DNA of 18,766 nucleotides. Source: Bdellovibrionota bacterium. Its GTDB lineage: Bacteria > Bdellovibrionota_C > UBA2361 > OMII01. The DNA is taken from NCBI GenBank assembly GCA_044356215.1, contig JBIKWQ010000065.1, positions 1 to 18,766 on the forward strand, given 5' to 3'. The notes beneath the pieces are model-generated. The model was not told the origin of the DNA and did no database searches. It saw only the letters and a program-made list of their open reading frames with translations. A program made the position numbers and the translations under genes. Of the stretch, positions 1-8,418 are shown piece by piece (position 1 is the first letter of the stretch; every line of letters begins with the position of its first letter).

Positions 1-124
1 ATCAACAAATCTTGGCCCCTGTTTGCCAAGCACGATAGCTTTTTACTTGTAGCCTACCGATCATCGCAGATAAGAAATTCCCATCAAATCGCCAATTAAA
101 CAGCGTGCTAACCGATCAAACCTG

Positions 125-143
125 ACGAGCACGAGCACGAGCA
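125..143. repeat. Short hexamer tandem repeat (ACGAGC)x3
   Basis: acgagc acgagc acgagc a read directly, just downstream of the 181..2145 stop; a small hairpin cctaaa-gccta-tttagg follows at 154-170. Confidence 0.6.
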
Positions 144-180
144 GGTGCAGGTACCTAAAGCCTATTTAGGGATTGACTAC

Positions 181-2145
181 CTATCCCACCCTAACAAAAG
201 CATACCGCAGCATCGGAATTCCCTGCGGATCCCTCTCCCCCGGGATCCACAGGTACTGCGGTATCAGATCGCTTAGATCCTGAACCAGTTTCTGTGATTC
301 TCGCGGCCAGATCTTCGTATCCCACGGAACGATAACTAACTGCAGCTCGCCGCGCCGCGAGGTAATCGTGTTTCTGAGCTCCTCCAGAGAAAAAGCGCGC
401 ACAACCTCGGGAAAGTTCGAGGCGGCTCCTTGCGTGTCAGCGTTGTATTGCTCAAAAACAACTGTCGGTATCTTTTGCGCACCAGCCTCACGGGCAAGCT
501 TCATCATCGCTGTGGATGAAAGCCCGCGATCTCCAAGCTCAAAAAACTGCTTTGGCTCGGGGTGGCTGTACGTCGTAAACGCGTAATAGATATTAATCCC
601 TATTGAGAGGACGCAAAGAGAAGTAGCCAGAGAAACAGCGCGCGCGTGAGAAACTAAACGCGAGCTTAAGAGATCAGCGCCGATCCCAGCTAGCCAGGCG
701 ATAAAAAAAGAGGCGCAGATCATGCGCCGCGCCAATCCCTGATTGGCGCTCTCGACAGGAAAGCTAAGCGCCATAGGAAGGATAAATACGATCATTCCAA
801 CCAAAGCAAATCGCCCCGCTTGAAAGCTAACGATCCTAAACAGCGAGTAGATGACTCCGACAGAGAAGAGCGCTGAGAATATCGGATCAAGGATCGGCCG
901 GTCAGGGCGAAAAACGTGGCGGCTGCGGTCAAAGATCTCTGTCTGAAGTTGTCTTAGTCCATCTAAGGTAATTAACGCCGTGGCTGAGTACTCGTTCAGC
1001 CCCATCTTTGGAAGCTCATTAGCTCTAAGAGTCGCGGCTTCTTTCTGTCTACTAAACTGTCCTCCATTCGCTTTGAGAGCGATTAACTCAGGCTCATAGG
1101 TGAGAACTAGCCCGATCGCGACAAAGCAGAAAGTTAAGATAAGTTTAAAACGATCGGCTCGTGCGGTTAATATTAAAAGTTCTAATCCGATGTAGCCAAG
1201 AAGGGGCAGCAGCATTACGCCGACTTTCTGCGTAATTAGCGCTAGTCCACAAGAGAGCCCGGCGAAAGCGGCATAAGTGAAGCTAAATCGGCGAGTAGCT
1301 AGGACAAACATCAGAAGGCCAAATGTGATGTTGGCCATATCAAGGGGGTAAGCGTAAACGAATCGCGAATTAATCCAGTGCCATCCCCAACAAGAGAGAA
1401 GAAGGGCGGAATAAAGCGCGATTCTACGGCCACAGAGAACACGGACGGAGCCGTATAAAAATACAACAGAGAAAGAAGATGAGATAAATGAAACGGCCTT
1501 TAAAAGTGGCAAGAGCTCGATGAAATCTCTTGTCGCGTAGTGCAACCAATAGAGGCAGTAAAGCACGAAGTAAGGATAGGTGGTTGAAGTGGATCCAAGT
1601 GGACCGGTGCTAAGAGGTGTGCTTTTAGATATCTCTAAAACCTGCGAGATCTCATCGACTACCCAACTATTAGGCCCCCAGATCCGCGCTAAGAGACTTA
1701 AAGAAAATATCCCGCAGATAATTAACAGCTCATCGCGATTAATCTTAATCCAAGAGATCCTTCTCCGTAGATCCAGAGACACGCAGCAGCCGACAAATGC
1801 CAAGAAAGCCCCGGCCCAGAAGATAAGCATTTTAGGCACAGTGGCCGTTCTAGGTTCAATTGCACTTAAAACATCAAGGGTTGGAGCGTAAAGCTTATAC
1901 GCGCAGAAAGCGGAGACTATACCGAGTAAGATCGGAGTTGTCCTCGATGACCAGAGCGCGCTCGGGCCGCGTTCCGATGAGGCTTTTGGAGAGAATACAA
2001 TTCCGGCCGCTCCGAGGGCGGTGAGGATATATGCTTTGGCTATCGCGATAGAGCCGCTCTCTAGCCCCCAGACACCATAAGCCAACAAACCGCACGAGAC
2101 GATCGTAAAGACCGCGCGAGCCGACAAAAGCGCTTGATTAAGCAT
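181..2145 (-). CDS. Polytopic membrane glycosyltransferase, GT-C fold (ArnT/PMT_2, GT39/GT83-like)
   Basis: 654 aa ORF with many hydrophobic segments, an acidic pair (VVDE) in the loop after LLARIW, a helix pattern typical of PMT_2 (ALYSALLL..., AFAGLSCGLALITQK) and a soluble C-terminal domain. Confidence 0.75.
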   Translation of the reverse strand: MLNQALLSARAVFTIVSCGLLAYGVWGLESGSIAIAKAYILTALGAAGIVFSPKASSERGPSALWSSRTTPILLGIVSAFCAYKLYAPTLDVLSAIEPRTATVPKMLIFWAGAFLAFVGCCVSLDLRRRISWIKINRDELLIICGIFSLSLLARIWGPNSWVVDEISQVLEISKSTPLSTGPLGSTSTTYPYFVLYCLYWLHYATRDFIELLPLLKAVSFISSSFSVVFLYGSVRVLCGRRIALYSALLLSCWGWHWINSRFVYAYPLDMANITFGLLMFVLATRRFSFTYAAFAGLSCGLALITQKVGVMLLPLLGYIGLELLILTARADRFKLILTFCFVAIGLVLTYEPELIALKANGGQFSRQKEAATLRANELPKMGLNEYSATALITLDGLRQLQTEIFDRSRHVFRPDRPILDPIFSALFSVGVIYSLFRIVSFQAGRFALVGMIVFILPMALSFPVESANQGLARRMICASFFIAWLAGIGADLLSSRLVSHARAVSLATSLCVLSIGINIYYAFTTYSHPEPKQFFELGDRGLSSTAMMKLAREAGAQKIPTVVFEQYNADTQGAASNFPEVVRAFSLEELRNTITSRRGELQLVIVPWDTKIWPRESQKLVQDLSDLIPQYLWIPGERDPQGIPMLRYAFVRVG

Positions 2146-2148
2146 TGG

Positions 2149-3804
2149 CTATCTCTCCACTATAACCCCTGATTTGTTGGTGGCGGAAGCCTCGTATATC
2201 GCCCAGGCCCCAACATCAAAGGGAAGTTCAATCTTTTTTAAATCTGGGAAGACTGCTGACATAGCAGCGAATTGCCTCTCATCTGGCCCACGCGAGATAA
2301 ACACAACATCGCGGTTTAACTTAATAGCGACAGATTTTACCCACTCAAAATCGTTCTGCCGATCGCTCTCAGATCCTAAAACGACCTGCTCTCTTGGCCC
2401 GTAGAGGCTCTTGTTATAGAGCGCGTTCCAATTAGTTGTTACCTGAACGTGAGTCTTGGCGTAGCGTTCGTTTACCACCTCAAACAACCGCCAGAGATTC
2501 AAGTGGTACGGACCATTAGTCGAGCGAGGTGTCTCGATAAGCCCTCGATACGCGGAGATGTTAGCGTAGACAAAAACCGCGATAGCGGCGACCTGCGCGC
2601 TCCTTGTGATGATCTTAAATCTCTTGGCGGTGAAGCCCCATCCAGCAACTGCGGCGCAAACTAGAAAGACGAATCCGGGAATAACGTGGTGCGCGCCATA
2701 AGAGCGAGAAGAGGCTGAAACGATCACCGAGGTTATAACGAAGCCTAGGAGATTTAAGCTAATCCAACCGCGCGCTCTCCAAGAGGCGGCGCAAATTAAT
2801 GAGATTAAAAAAAACGCTGCGGCGCTGTAGAGATATAGCTCCTTAATTTGAGCGCTACTAGGGGCGATACCGCAACAGATATGTGATGTTGAAGCTGGAT
2901 CAAAGAAGAAGCTAGAGAGCCTATTAGAGAAGTGGCTCCAGATAAGCCCTAGGCTGGTTGCTTGATCAGAAGATGACTGAGTGGTCATCATCTCGTAATA
3001 GCGCAGCCCGTGTTGGTCCCTAGCGAATAGAAGCGCCGCTGTAAGGATTCCCCAAGTGGTAGTAAAGAGCGAGCCGATCGTAATAATCCAGCTAAAAGCC
3101 CCGCGCACGATACCTTTAGAGATCGCTTTAGCTATAAGTGTTACCGCCAAAAGGATCCCGCAAGCGGGGAGGAGAAACGCAAACGACAGCCTTAAATAAA
3201 ACCCTAGTCCAAGTGTAGCTCCAAGGGCGAGTGCTAGTAAGATATCACGTTTAGTTGACCCAGAGGCGCGAAGTTTTAGTAGCAAGAGTTGAAAAGCGAC
3301 TACTAGGGTGGTTTGAACGGTAAGATGCCCGATATCAACCAGGTGATGATAGGCATATGGGAGCCAAGCTAGGCAGATAGCGAAGATCGCCAAAGGATTT
3401 ACCCTATAAGCCCTGCCTAGCATAAAGGCTTGAGCCGCGACCATCATAATACCGAAAAATCGGGCTGAATGTTGGTGTTTCCAGGCCAGAAAAAACGGGA
3501 GGTAAAGTAACGACTGAATGCTTCCAACGTAGTTGTAGCTTCTTAAAGGAAGCGAAGTTGAGAATCCGGGGATCGTAAGTGGCCAGGCGTTACAGGCGCC
3601 AGAGCCGGTATTAAGCCAATTAAGTGGATAATAGAGGCACGCCAGCATGTGGTGCTGCAGCACCTCGTCTTGGTCGAAGGGAACATAGAGGGAGATAAAA
3701 AGGGTAAACCAGAGCGCTAGTCCAGTGATGCACGTTAAGTATAGCGCTGATGTAAAGAGCTTTGGGCCACGGCTCTGATTAGGTCTCTTAAGAAGCGATA
3801 CCAT
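2149..3804 (-). CDS. Polytopic membrane protein, probable GT-C glycosyltransferase
   Basis: 551 aa with an N-terminal TM helix followed by FDQDE, about 10 further hydrophobic segments including LALGATLGLGFYLRLSF; stop lies 3 nt before the start of the next gene, suggesting an operon. Confidence 0.65.
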   Translation of the reverse strand: MVSLLKRPNQSRGPKLFTSALYLTCITGLALWFTLFISLYVPFDQDEVLQHHMLACLYYPLNWLNTGSGACNAWPLTIPGFSTSLPLRSYNYVGSIQSLLYLPFFLAWKHQHSARFFGIMMVAAQAFMLGRAYRVNPLAIFAICLAWLPYAYHHLVDIGHLTVQTTLVVAFQLLLLKLRASGSTKRDILLALALGATLGLGFYLRLSFAFLLPACGILLAVTLIAKAISKGIVRGAFSWIITIGSLFTTTWGILTAALLFARDQHGLRYYEMMTTQSSSDQATSLGLIWSHFSNRLSSFFFDPASTSHICCGIAPSSAQIKELYLYSAAAFFLISLICAASWRARGWISLNLLGFVITSVIVSASSRSYGAHHVIPGFVFLVCAAVAGWGFTAKRFKIITRSAQVAAIAVFVYANISAYRGLIETPRSTNGPYHLNLWRLFEVVNERYAKTHVQVTTNWNALYNKSLYGPREQVVLGSESDRQNDFEWVKSVAIKLNRDVVFISRGPDERQFAAMSAVFPDLKKIELPFDVGAWAIYEASATNKSGVIVER

Positions 3805-4069
3805 AATTATTTATAACTAGGCCCCATGAGCTGGGGTGGCGCTGATCCCGGTTGAGGCTGGGTGGGTAAACTCAACTATATCAGCGGTAAGAGGTGTTTA
3901 GTTAGATTTGTCATAAGAACACTAGAAACTGTAGCTGTGTCAGGGGGGCTGGGCAACCGGGAAAGTGGGAGGGGGGATAACGCCTTTTCCCCGAATCCCC
4001 CTAAGAGCTTCTCGCATCGTAGATCATTAGCGCCTGTGTTTTGTGCGTTTTAGAAAAGGGTCTCAGACT

Positions 4070-4561
4070 ATGACTAGAGATAAATTAGCCAGCATTACCA
4101 GTTACATGACTTACCTAACAGCGGCTTTAGTGAGTGTTTTGCCACTCGCCGCGAATGCGCAGGACCAGGGTGATGGCCCAACGATGCAGCTTTTAAGGGC
4201 TAGTGACCGTAAGGAGATGTCGGCGGTAGAGCCGCTAAGGTTCGCGAAGGTGGCTCAGCGCAAGTGCGGTAAAGATAGAAAGAGCAAGTACGCATTCGCC
4301 GGGCACTCTATGCCTAATCGGTACAAGATGAATTTTAAGAGTGACAAGGTAACAACTGATTGCACCGAGCGCTTCCCTCTTTTAGCGACCTACAACGTAA
4401 TGACTCGAGGTGCTGTAACGATGCGTTTTCGTGGCGAGTTAGTTCCGAGTGGCACCGAGGGGATCTACGAGGGGTTAATGATTCAGCAGATGGGTAAATC
4501 AAAGCGGGCTCCAGAGTTTATCATCGAGATCAGAAAGTTTCCTGTGAAGGATGTGAAGTAG
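4070..4561 (+). CDS. Exported small two-Cys protein, conserved module gene A, copy 1
   Basis: ATG at 4070 preferred over GTG at 4043. Signal peptide ends ...PLAANA|QD. Shares KEMSA, RKC, CxERFPLLxTY, FRGELVPS and IYEGLMIQQM with 9193..9675. Confidence 0.85.
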   Translation: MTRDKLASITSYMTYLTAALVSVLPLAANAQDQGDGPTMQLLRASDRKEMSAVEPLRFAKVAQRKCGKDRKSKYAFAGHSMPNRYKMNFKSDKVTTDCTERFPLLATYNVMTRGAVTMRFRGELVPSGTEGIYEGLMIQQMGKSKRAPEFIIEIRKFPVKDVK

Positions 4562-4621
4562 AGATATTTAGCAGGACGAGAAGAGAAATTTTATTAAGAG
4601 ATGGCAGCGAGGTAGAGAGTT

Positions 4622-5716
4622 ATGAAGCGCTTAAATAAATTCCCCAGAAAGCTAAGAAACTATACCTGTATCGCCCTGGTGGTTGGGGTGTTGGGGTGGA
4701 GTGGTAGTGGGGTGGGGCAGGAGTATTATTATAATGGGAGGGGCCAGGCTTCGACAAATAAAGTGAGCGGGCCTAATTTTCCGTTTGAAAATTCGCCTAG
4801 TTCCAGTGATTCGCAGACGGAGGAAAAAAATAAAGACAAGACTAGCGAGATAGGTAATCCTGTGATGCCACCGGGTAGAGAAGGTAGTGCTGGCCAAGCC
4901 CCTAACAGTAGTGAAATTTTGAAACCAAATACAACAGAAGGTTCAAGCAACAATCCGACGAGCGGCGAAGCAGGAAAAGGTAGCGACGGAAAAGACCCCA
5001 CCCCTAATTCGTCTGGTGCCAGCGGCGGTAATGGCCCAAGCTTTGCTTCACCGATAATGAATTCCGGTTGTGACACCGACGCAGATTGCAAAGCACAAAT
5101 CACGGGCGGCCAAGCCTACGATGGTATATGTTGTCTAAAGAAGCAAGACAGCGATGCTATTGGGCGAGCAGGCTTCTGTGTGGATAGTAAGAAAACTTGT
5201 GAAAGTATGAGCAAGCCGCCCGGCGGGGATCCTCCTTCAGGCGATAATCCATCGCCGCCTTCAAATGCTGGAGATGGAGACAGTGGTGCAGCCGGTTGTA
5301 GGGAAGATAAAAACTGCAACCACCTAGATTGCGGCGATTCGAACTTAGTCGGATGGCCAGAGTGCAAAGATGGCAATTGTTCTTGCAAGTATTTGAGCCA
5401 GTTTGAGTGCCGAAACGACGGAGATTGCGCCGCTTGGTACGGCAAGCCTTGGGATCCAAAGAGTCCAGGATGTGACAGTGCTAAAAACTTTAAATGTGAA
5501 GGCGCCACCAAATTAAAATACGGTCAGTGCCAATGCCAAAGCGGAGATCAATCCTCCGGAGGAGATAGTTGCGCAAGTAAGAGGTGTGGAGATCCATGTA
5601 GTGGGTGTAAACGTGATGAACAGTTATCGGGAGATTGCACATGCGTGCCAGTGAAAGGCACGGAAGGATTGACGTGCCTGCAAGCCGATCTTCCGAATTG
5701 CTCAAGTGGGAGTTAG
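4622..5716 (+). CDS. Exported protein with Ser/Gly/Pro/Asn-rich linkers and four Cys-rich mini-domains (module gene B, copy 1)
   Basis: 364 aa; basic N-terminus plus hydrophobic stretch; GAGGTAGAGAG upstream; 26 Cys in the mature part in blocks of 6, 6, 6 and 8, three of which begin CxxDxxC. Confidence 0.85.
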   Translation: MKRLNKFPRKLRNYTCIALVVGVLGWSGSGVGQEYYYNGRGQASTNKVSGPNFPFENSPSSSDSQTEEKNKDKTSEIGNPVMPPGREGSAGQAPNSSEILKPNTTEGSSNNPTSGEAGKGSDGKDPTPNSSGASGGNGPSFASPIMNSGCDTDADCKAQITGGQAYDGICCLKKQDSDAIGRAGFCVDSKKTCESMSKPPGGDPPSGDNPSPPSNAGDGDSGAAGCREDKNCNHLDCGDSNLVGWPECKDGNCSCKYLSQFECRNDGDCAAWYGKPWDPKSPGCDSAKNFKCEGATKLKYGQCQCQSGDQSSGGDSCASKRCGDPCSGCKRDEQLSGDCTCVPVKGTEGLTCLQADLPNCSSGS

Positions 5717-5738
5717 CTGCGATCACTTCGATATCCCC

Positions 5739-5901
5739 GATTTCTGGCGAGGCTCTCGGTGTCTTTTAAGCCCTTCTTTGTGTCCTTTGAGTCCTTTGTG
5801 TTGAAAAAAATCTCTGGCCCTTGAAAGGTTATAACTTTCACCCGACATGGTATCCGGCGCGGGATATTTTTTACCACAAAGGACCCAAAGGACACAAAGG
5901 T
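5739..5901 (+). repeat. Dispersed palindromic element family A, copy 1
   Basis: Aligns with 7566-7715, 8068-8235 and 17327-17456. Arms ctttgtgtcctttgagtcctttgtg and cacaaaggacccaaaggacacaaag are inverted repeats enclosing tgaaaggttataactttca. Confidence 0.9.
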
Positions 5902-5973
5902 GAGGACCTTCTCTATCTAACGCCATGCGCCATGCCTAAGACATAAACCGATTTTCAAAGAGGCAGCTAAGCA

Positions 5974-6168
5974 CGGTTGCTCAGTCCGCCATGAGCCTGT
6001 CTAATGGGAGAGCAGCCCTCCAGGTTACTGTAATTTCATCTGGCGATCCGTGTTACATCGCTGCGATCCTGGAGGGTTGACCGCCCATTCGACAAGCTCA
6101 TGGCACGCTGGTCAACCGAAAGCCACAGCACACGGATCTATCCCAGGAATCAGCGAAATAATTTCACC
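5974..6168 (+). repeat. Dispersed nested-palindrome element family B, copy 1
   Basis: Aligns with 7802-7951. IR gccatgagcctgtctaatggg / cccattcgacaagctcatggc (5988-6104) encloses IR ccctccagg / cctggaggg. Confidence 0.85.
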
Positions 6169-6193
6169 ACAGGTTACGCTACTGTTGAAAAAA

Positions 6194-6223
6194 TCTCCGT
6201 GGCTCTCAGTGATCTCAATGTAG
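6194..6223. repeat. Short dispersed repeat C, inverted relative to 10552-10581
   Basis: tctccgtggctctcagtgatctcaatgtag matches the reverse complement of 10552-10581 at 25 of 30 positions. Confidence 0.7.
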
Positions 6224-6349
6224 CTTAGAGCCGTTATAAAATCCGGGTTCCCGTATCTCCCCGGACGTCCTATAGCCGCAGCTTTCTTAGGCCTCTTCCT
6301 ACCAACGTAACAGCTTGTCAAGCCTAGACAGGCATGCTTTGATAATACC

Positions 6350-7531
6350 ATGGATATTCAAAGTATGCTTGCGAGAGAGCTTAACCTACCGAAAAGCCAC
6401 AGTTTTTTTCTCTTCGGTGCTCGGCAGGTAGGCAAAACATCACTGGTAAAGACATCATTTAACCCAAAAACAACTAAATACTACAACCTATTTGTTACCG
6501 AAGATTACTCCCGACTCATCGCGAACCCCGGGATTCTAAGAGAGGACCTTGAAAACGTTGGCCCAGATATTACGCATGTGTTTATCGACGAAGCGCAGAG
6601 AATTCCTGAGCTACTCAATGAGGTGCAGTACCTACTCGATAACAAGACCACCCTTCATTTTATCTTGTCTGGCTCCAGCGCGCGAAAATTGCGCAGAGGA
6701 AAAGCTAATCTGCTAGCTGGCCGCGCATGGGCTTACAACCTTCATCCCTTAACTCTACAGGAGCTACCATCACATTACACGCTGAATAAGATTCTCGCGT
6801 TCGGAACCCTGCCTCCAAACGTAATAGCGAACGATGATTTCACACGAACCGAAAATCTACGAGCCTACGTTGACGTTTACTTACGAGAGGAGATTGAGAT
6901 GGAGGCCCTATCGAGAAATATCGGGGGCTTCATCCGTTTCTTAAGCATCGCCGCTCAATGCAACGGTGAGCAGATAAATTTCTCAAATATCGCCAGGGAT
7001 GTTGGCTTAAGCGATGTGACGGTAAAAGAATATTTTAAGATCTTAGAAGACACACTGCTCGGGACTTTTCTGATGCCATTCGCTCACTCTGAGCGTAAGA
7101 GACATAAGCTAAGCCCAAAGTTTTACTTCTTTGATACAGGGGTCCTTCGAGCTACGCAAAAAAAATTAAGCCTGCGAATTGAACCTCAAACTTTCGAATT
7201 TGGCTCATACTTTGAGACCTGGATTATCAATGAGGTCCGGAGAATATCTGAGTATTCGCGCAAAGACCTAGAGATGTCATTCTTAAGAACCGCGAATAAT
7301 GTGGAGACAGATTTAGTTATTACATTTCCCGATGGGCGCGTCTGGGCGATTGAAATCAAAAGCAAAAAAGATCCGATCGCGAAAGATTTCGTATCGGGCT
7401 TTGAGGCGCTTCTTGCGGTATCTCCAGAGGCGAGGTGTATCTGTGTTTGCAACGGCGATCGCGCTCGCAAAGTCGCGGGATATGACGTGATTCCCTACGC
7501 GGAGTTTTTTAAAGAGCTGCGCGCCGCTTAG
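6350..7531 (+). CDS. AAA+ ATPase with DUF4143 C-terminal region (COG1373-type)
   Basis: Walker A GARQVGKT, Walker B VFIDEAQ, SGSS..LAGRA, KFYFFDTG and a C-terminal ETDLV...AIEIK restriction-endonuclease-like motif; 393 aa is the typical length. Confidence 0.92.
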   Translation: MDIQSMLARELNLPKSHSFFLFGARQVGKTSLVKTSFNPKTTKYYNLFVTEDYSRLIANPGILREDLENVGPDITHVFIDEAQRIPELLNEVQYLLDNKTTLHFILSGSSARKLRRGKANLLAGRAWAYNLHPLTLQELPSHYTLNKILAFGTLPPNVIANDDFTRTENLRAYVDVYLREEIEMEALSRNIGGFIRFLSIAAQCNGEQINFSNIARDVGLSDVTVKEYFKILEDTLLGTFLMPFAHSERKRHKLSPKFYFFDTGVLRATQKKLSLRIEPQTFEFGSYFETWIINEVRRISEYSRKDLEMSFLRTANNVETDLVITFPDGRVWAIEIKSKKDPIAKDFVSGFEALLAVSPEARCICVCNGDRARKVAGYDVIPYAEFFKELRAA

Positions 7532-7546
7532 GGAGGCGCTAGTAGA

Positions 7547-7565
7547 AATCAGCGAAATAATTTCA
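7547..7565 (+). repeat. Isolated 19-nt tail of element B
   Basis: aatcagcgaaataatttca is identical at 6148-6166, 7547-7565 and 7931-7949. Confidence 0.85.
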
Positions 7566-7715
7566 GATTTCTAGCGAGGGCGCTCGGTGTCTTTTGAGCC
7601 CTTCTTTGTGTCCTTTGGGTTGAAAAAATCTTTGGCTCTTCAAAGGTTACAACTTTTATCCGACAGGATATCTGGCGCGGGAGGTATTTTACCACAAAGG
7701 ACGCGAAGGTTGGGA
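7566..7715 (+). repeat. Palindromic element family A, copy 2
   Basis: Colinear with copy 1, with two 9-nt units in each arm. Confidence 0.9.
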
Positions 7716-7801
7716 GCTCGGCTGGGTTGTGAGATGTGCCAAGTCCAGGGTCTAACGTAAGGCGTAATAAATTAACCTAATTTCAACGAGGAAGATGCAC
7801 G

Positions 7802-7951
7802 CGGTTGACCAGCCAGCCATGAGCCTGTCGAATGGGGAGGTCAACCCTCCAGTATTCGTTACATCGCAGCGACAATGGAGGGTTGACCTCCTGGTCAACC
7901 GAAAGCCACAAGTCCCGAGTCTATCCCAGGAATCAGCGAAATAATTTCACC
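7802..7951 (+). repeat. Nested-palindrome element family B, copy 2
   Basis: Outer IR cggttgaccag / ctggtcaaccg; perfect 16-bp IR at 7836-7851 / 7876-7891; shares the tail tctatcccaggaatcagcgaaataatttcacc with copy 1. Confidence 0.85.
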
Positions 7952-8013
7952 GCAGAGAACGCGGAGGCGAGGATCTCGTGTGCGACAGGCGTAGTAACCT
8001 ATTACGCTAGACA

Positions 8014-8235
8014 CATGTTGTTTAATGTTTTGCGTGGGACGTTAGCTATGGTCTCTTGGGGTTCTCTGATTTCTAGTGAGAGCTCTCGGTGTCTTTTGAA
8101 CTTTTCTTTGTGTCCTTTGGGTCCTTTGTGTTGAAAAAAATCTCTGGCTCTTGAAGGTTATAACTTTTACCCGACACGATATCCGGCGCGGGAGATTTTT
8201 TACCACAAAGGACGCAAAGGACACAAAGGTTGGGA
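8014..8235 (+). repeat. Palindromic element family A, copy 3 (core 8068-8235, with a 5' extension shared with copy 4)
   Basis: Three 9-nt units per arm; upstream catgttgtttaatgttttgcgtgggacgtta is also present at 17273. Confidence 0.9.
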
Positions 8236-8271
8236 TCTTGTGAAAAATTCCAGGGCCAAGGTCGTCCGCTA

Positions 8272-8305
8272 GGCGACATGCGTAAGACGTATTACGCATG
8301 TCACC
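8272..8305. terminator. Strong hairpin, possible terminator downstream of 8419..9171
   Basis: ggcgacatgcgtaa-gacgta-ttacgcatgtcacc forms a 14-bp stem with one mismatch; a related gcgtagtaacctattacgc is at 7989-8007. Confidence 0.45.
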
Positions 8306-8418
8306 CACCTTTTAACGTTTTAAGCGAGCATTCGCGCGCTTTCTATAGATACTTTCACTAAGTTGGCACGCATGTGAGCACGGCGCCTAATTCAATTAAG
8401 AAGTAGGCAGCGTACGGA

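Noticed and set aside
1..120. Possible partial gene at the left edge
   Set aside because: No frame gives a recognisable product.
368..2664. Short ORFs overlapping the two GT-C genes
   Set aside because: Antisense or alternate-frame shadows of long, motif-bearing genes.
3862..4069. ORF 3862..4053 and a shared promoter motif upstream of the three A genes
   Set aside because: The ORF lacks an RBS and motifs. Only short matches (gccttttc, cgcatc) are shared by two upstream regions, which is too weak to call.
4652..5726. Minus-strand ORFs within 4622..5716
   Set aside because: Antisense shadows of a low-complexity coding region.
5713..5926. ORFs 5713..5895 and 5723..5926
   Set aside because: They are translations of element A; TKDSKDTK and HKGLKGHK reflect the 9-nt unit.
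5739..8235. CRISPR array or classical integron attC array
   Set aside because: Repeats are long, irregularly spaced and lack uniform spacers; there is no consistent RYYYAAC...GTTRRRY pair at their ends and no cas or intI gene.
7832..8308. ORFs 7832..8134, 8042..8308 and 8073..8279
   Set aside because: They lie within repeat elements A and B, and their reading frames are not conserved between copies.
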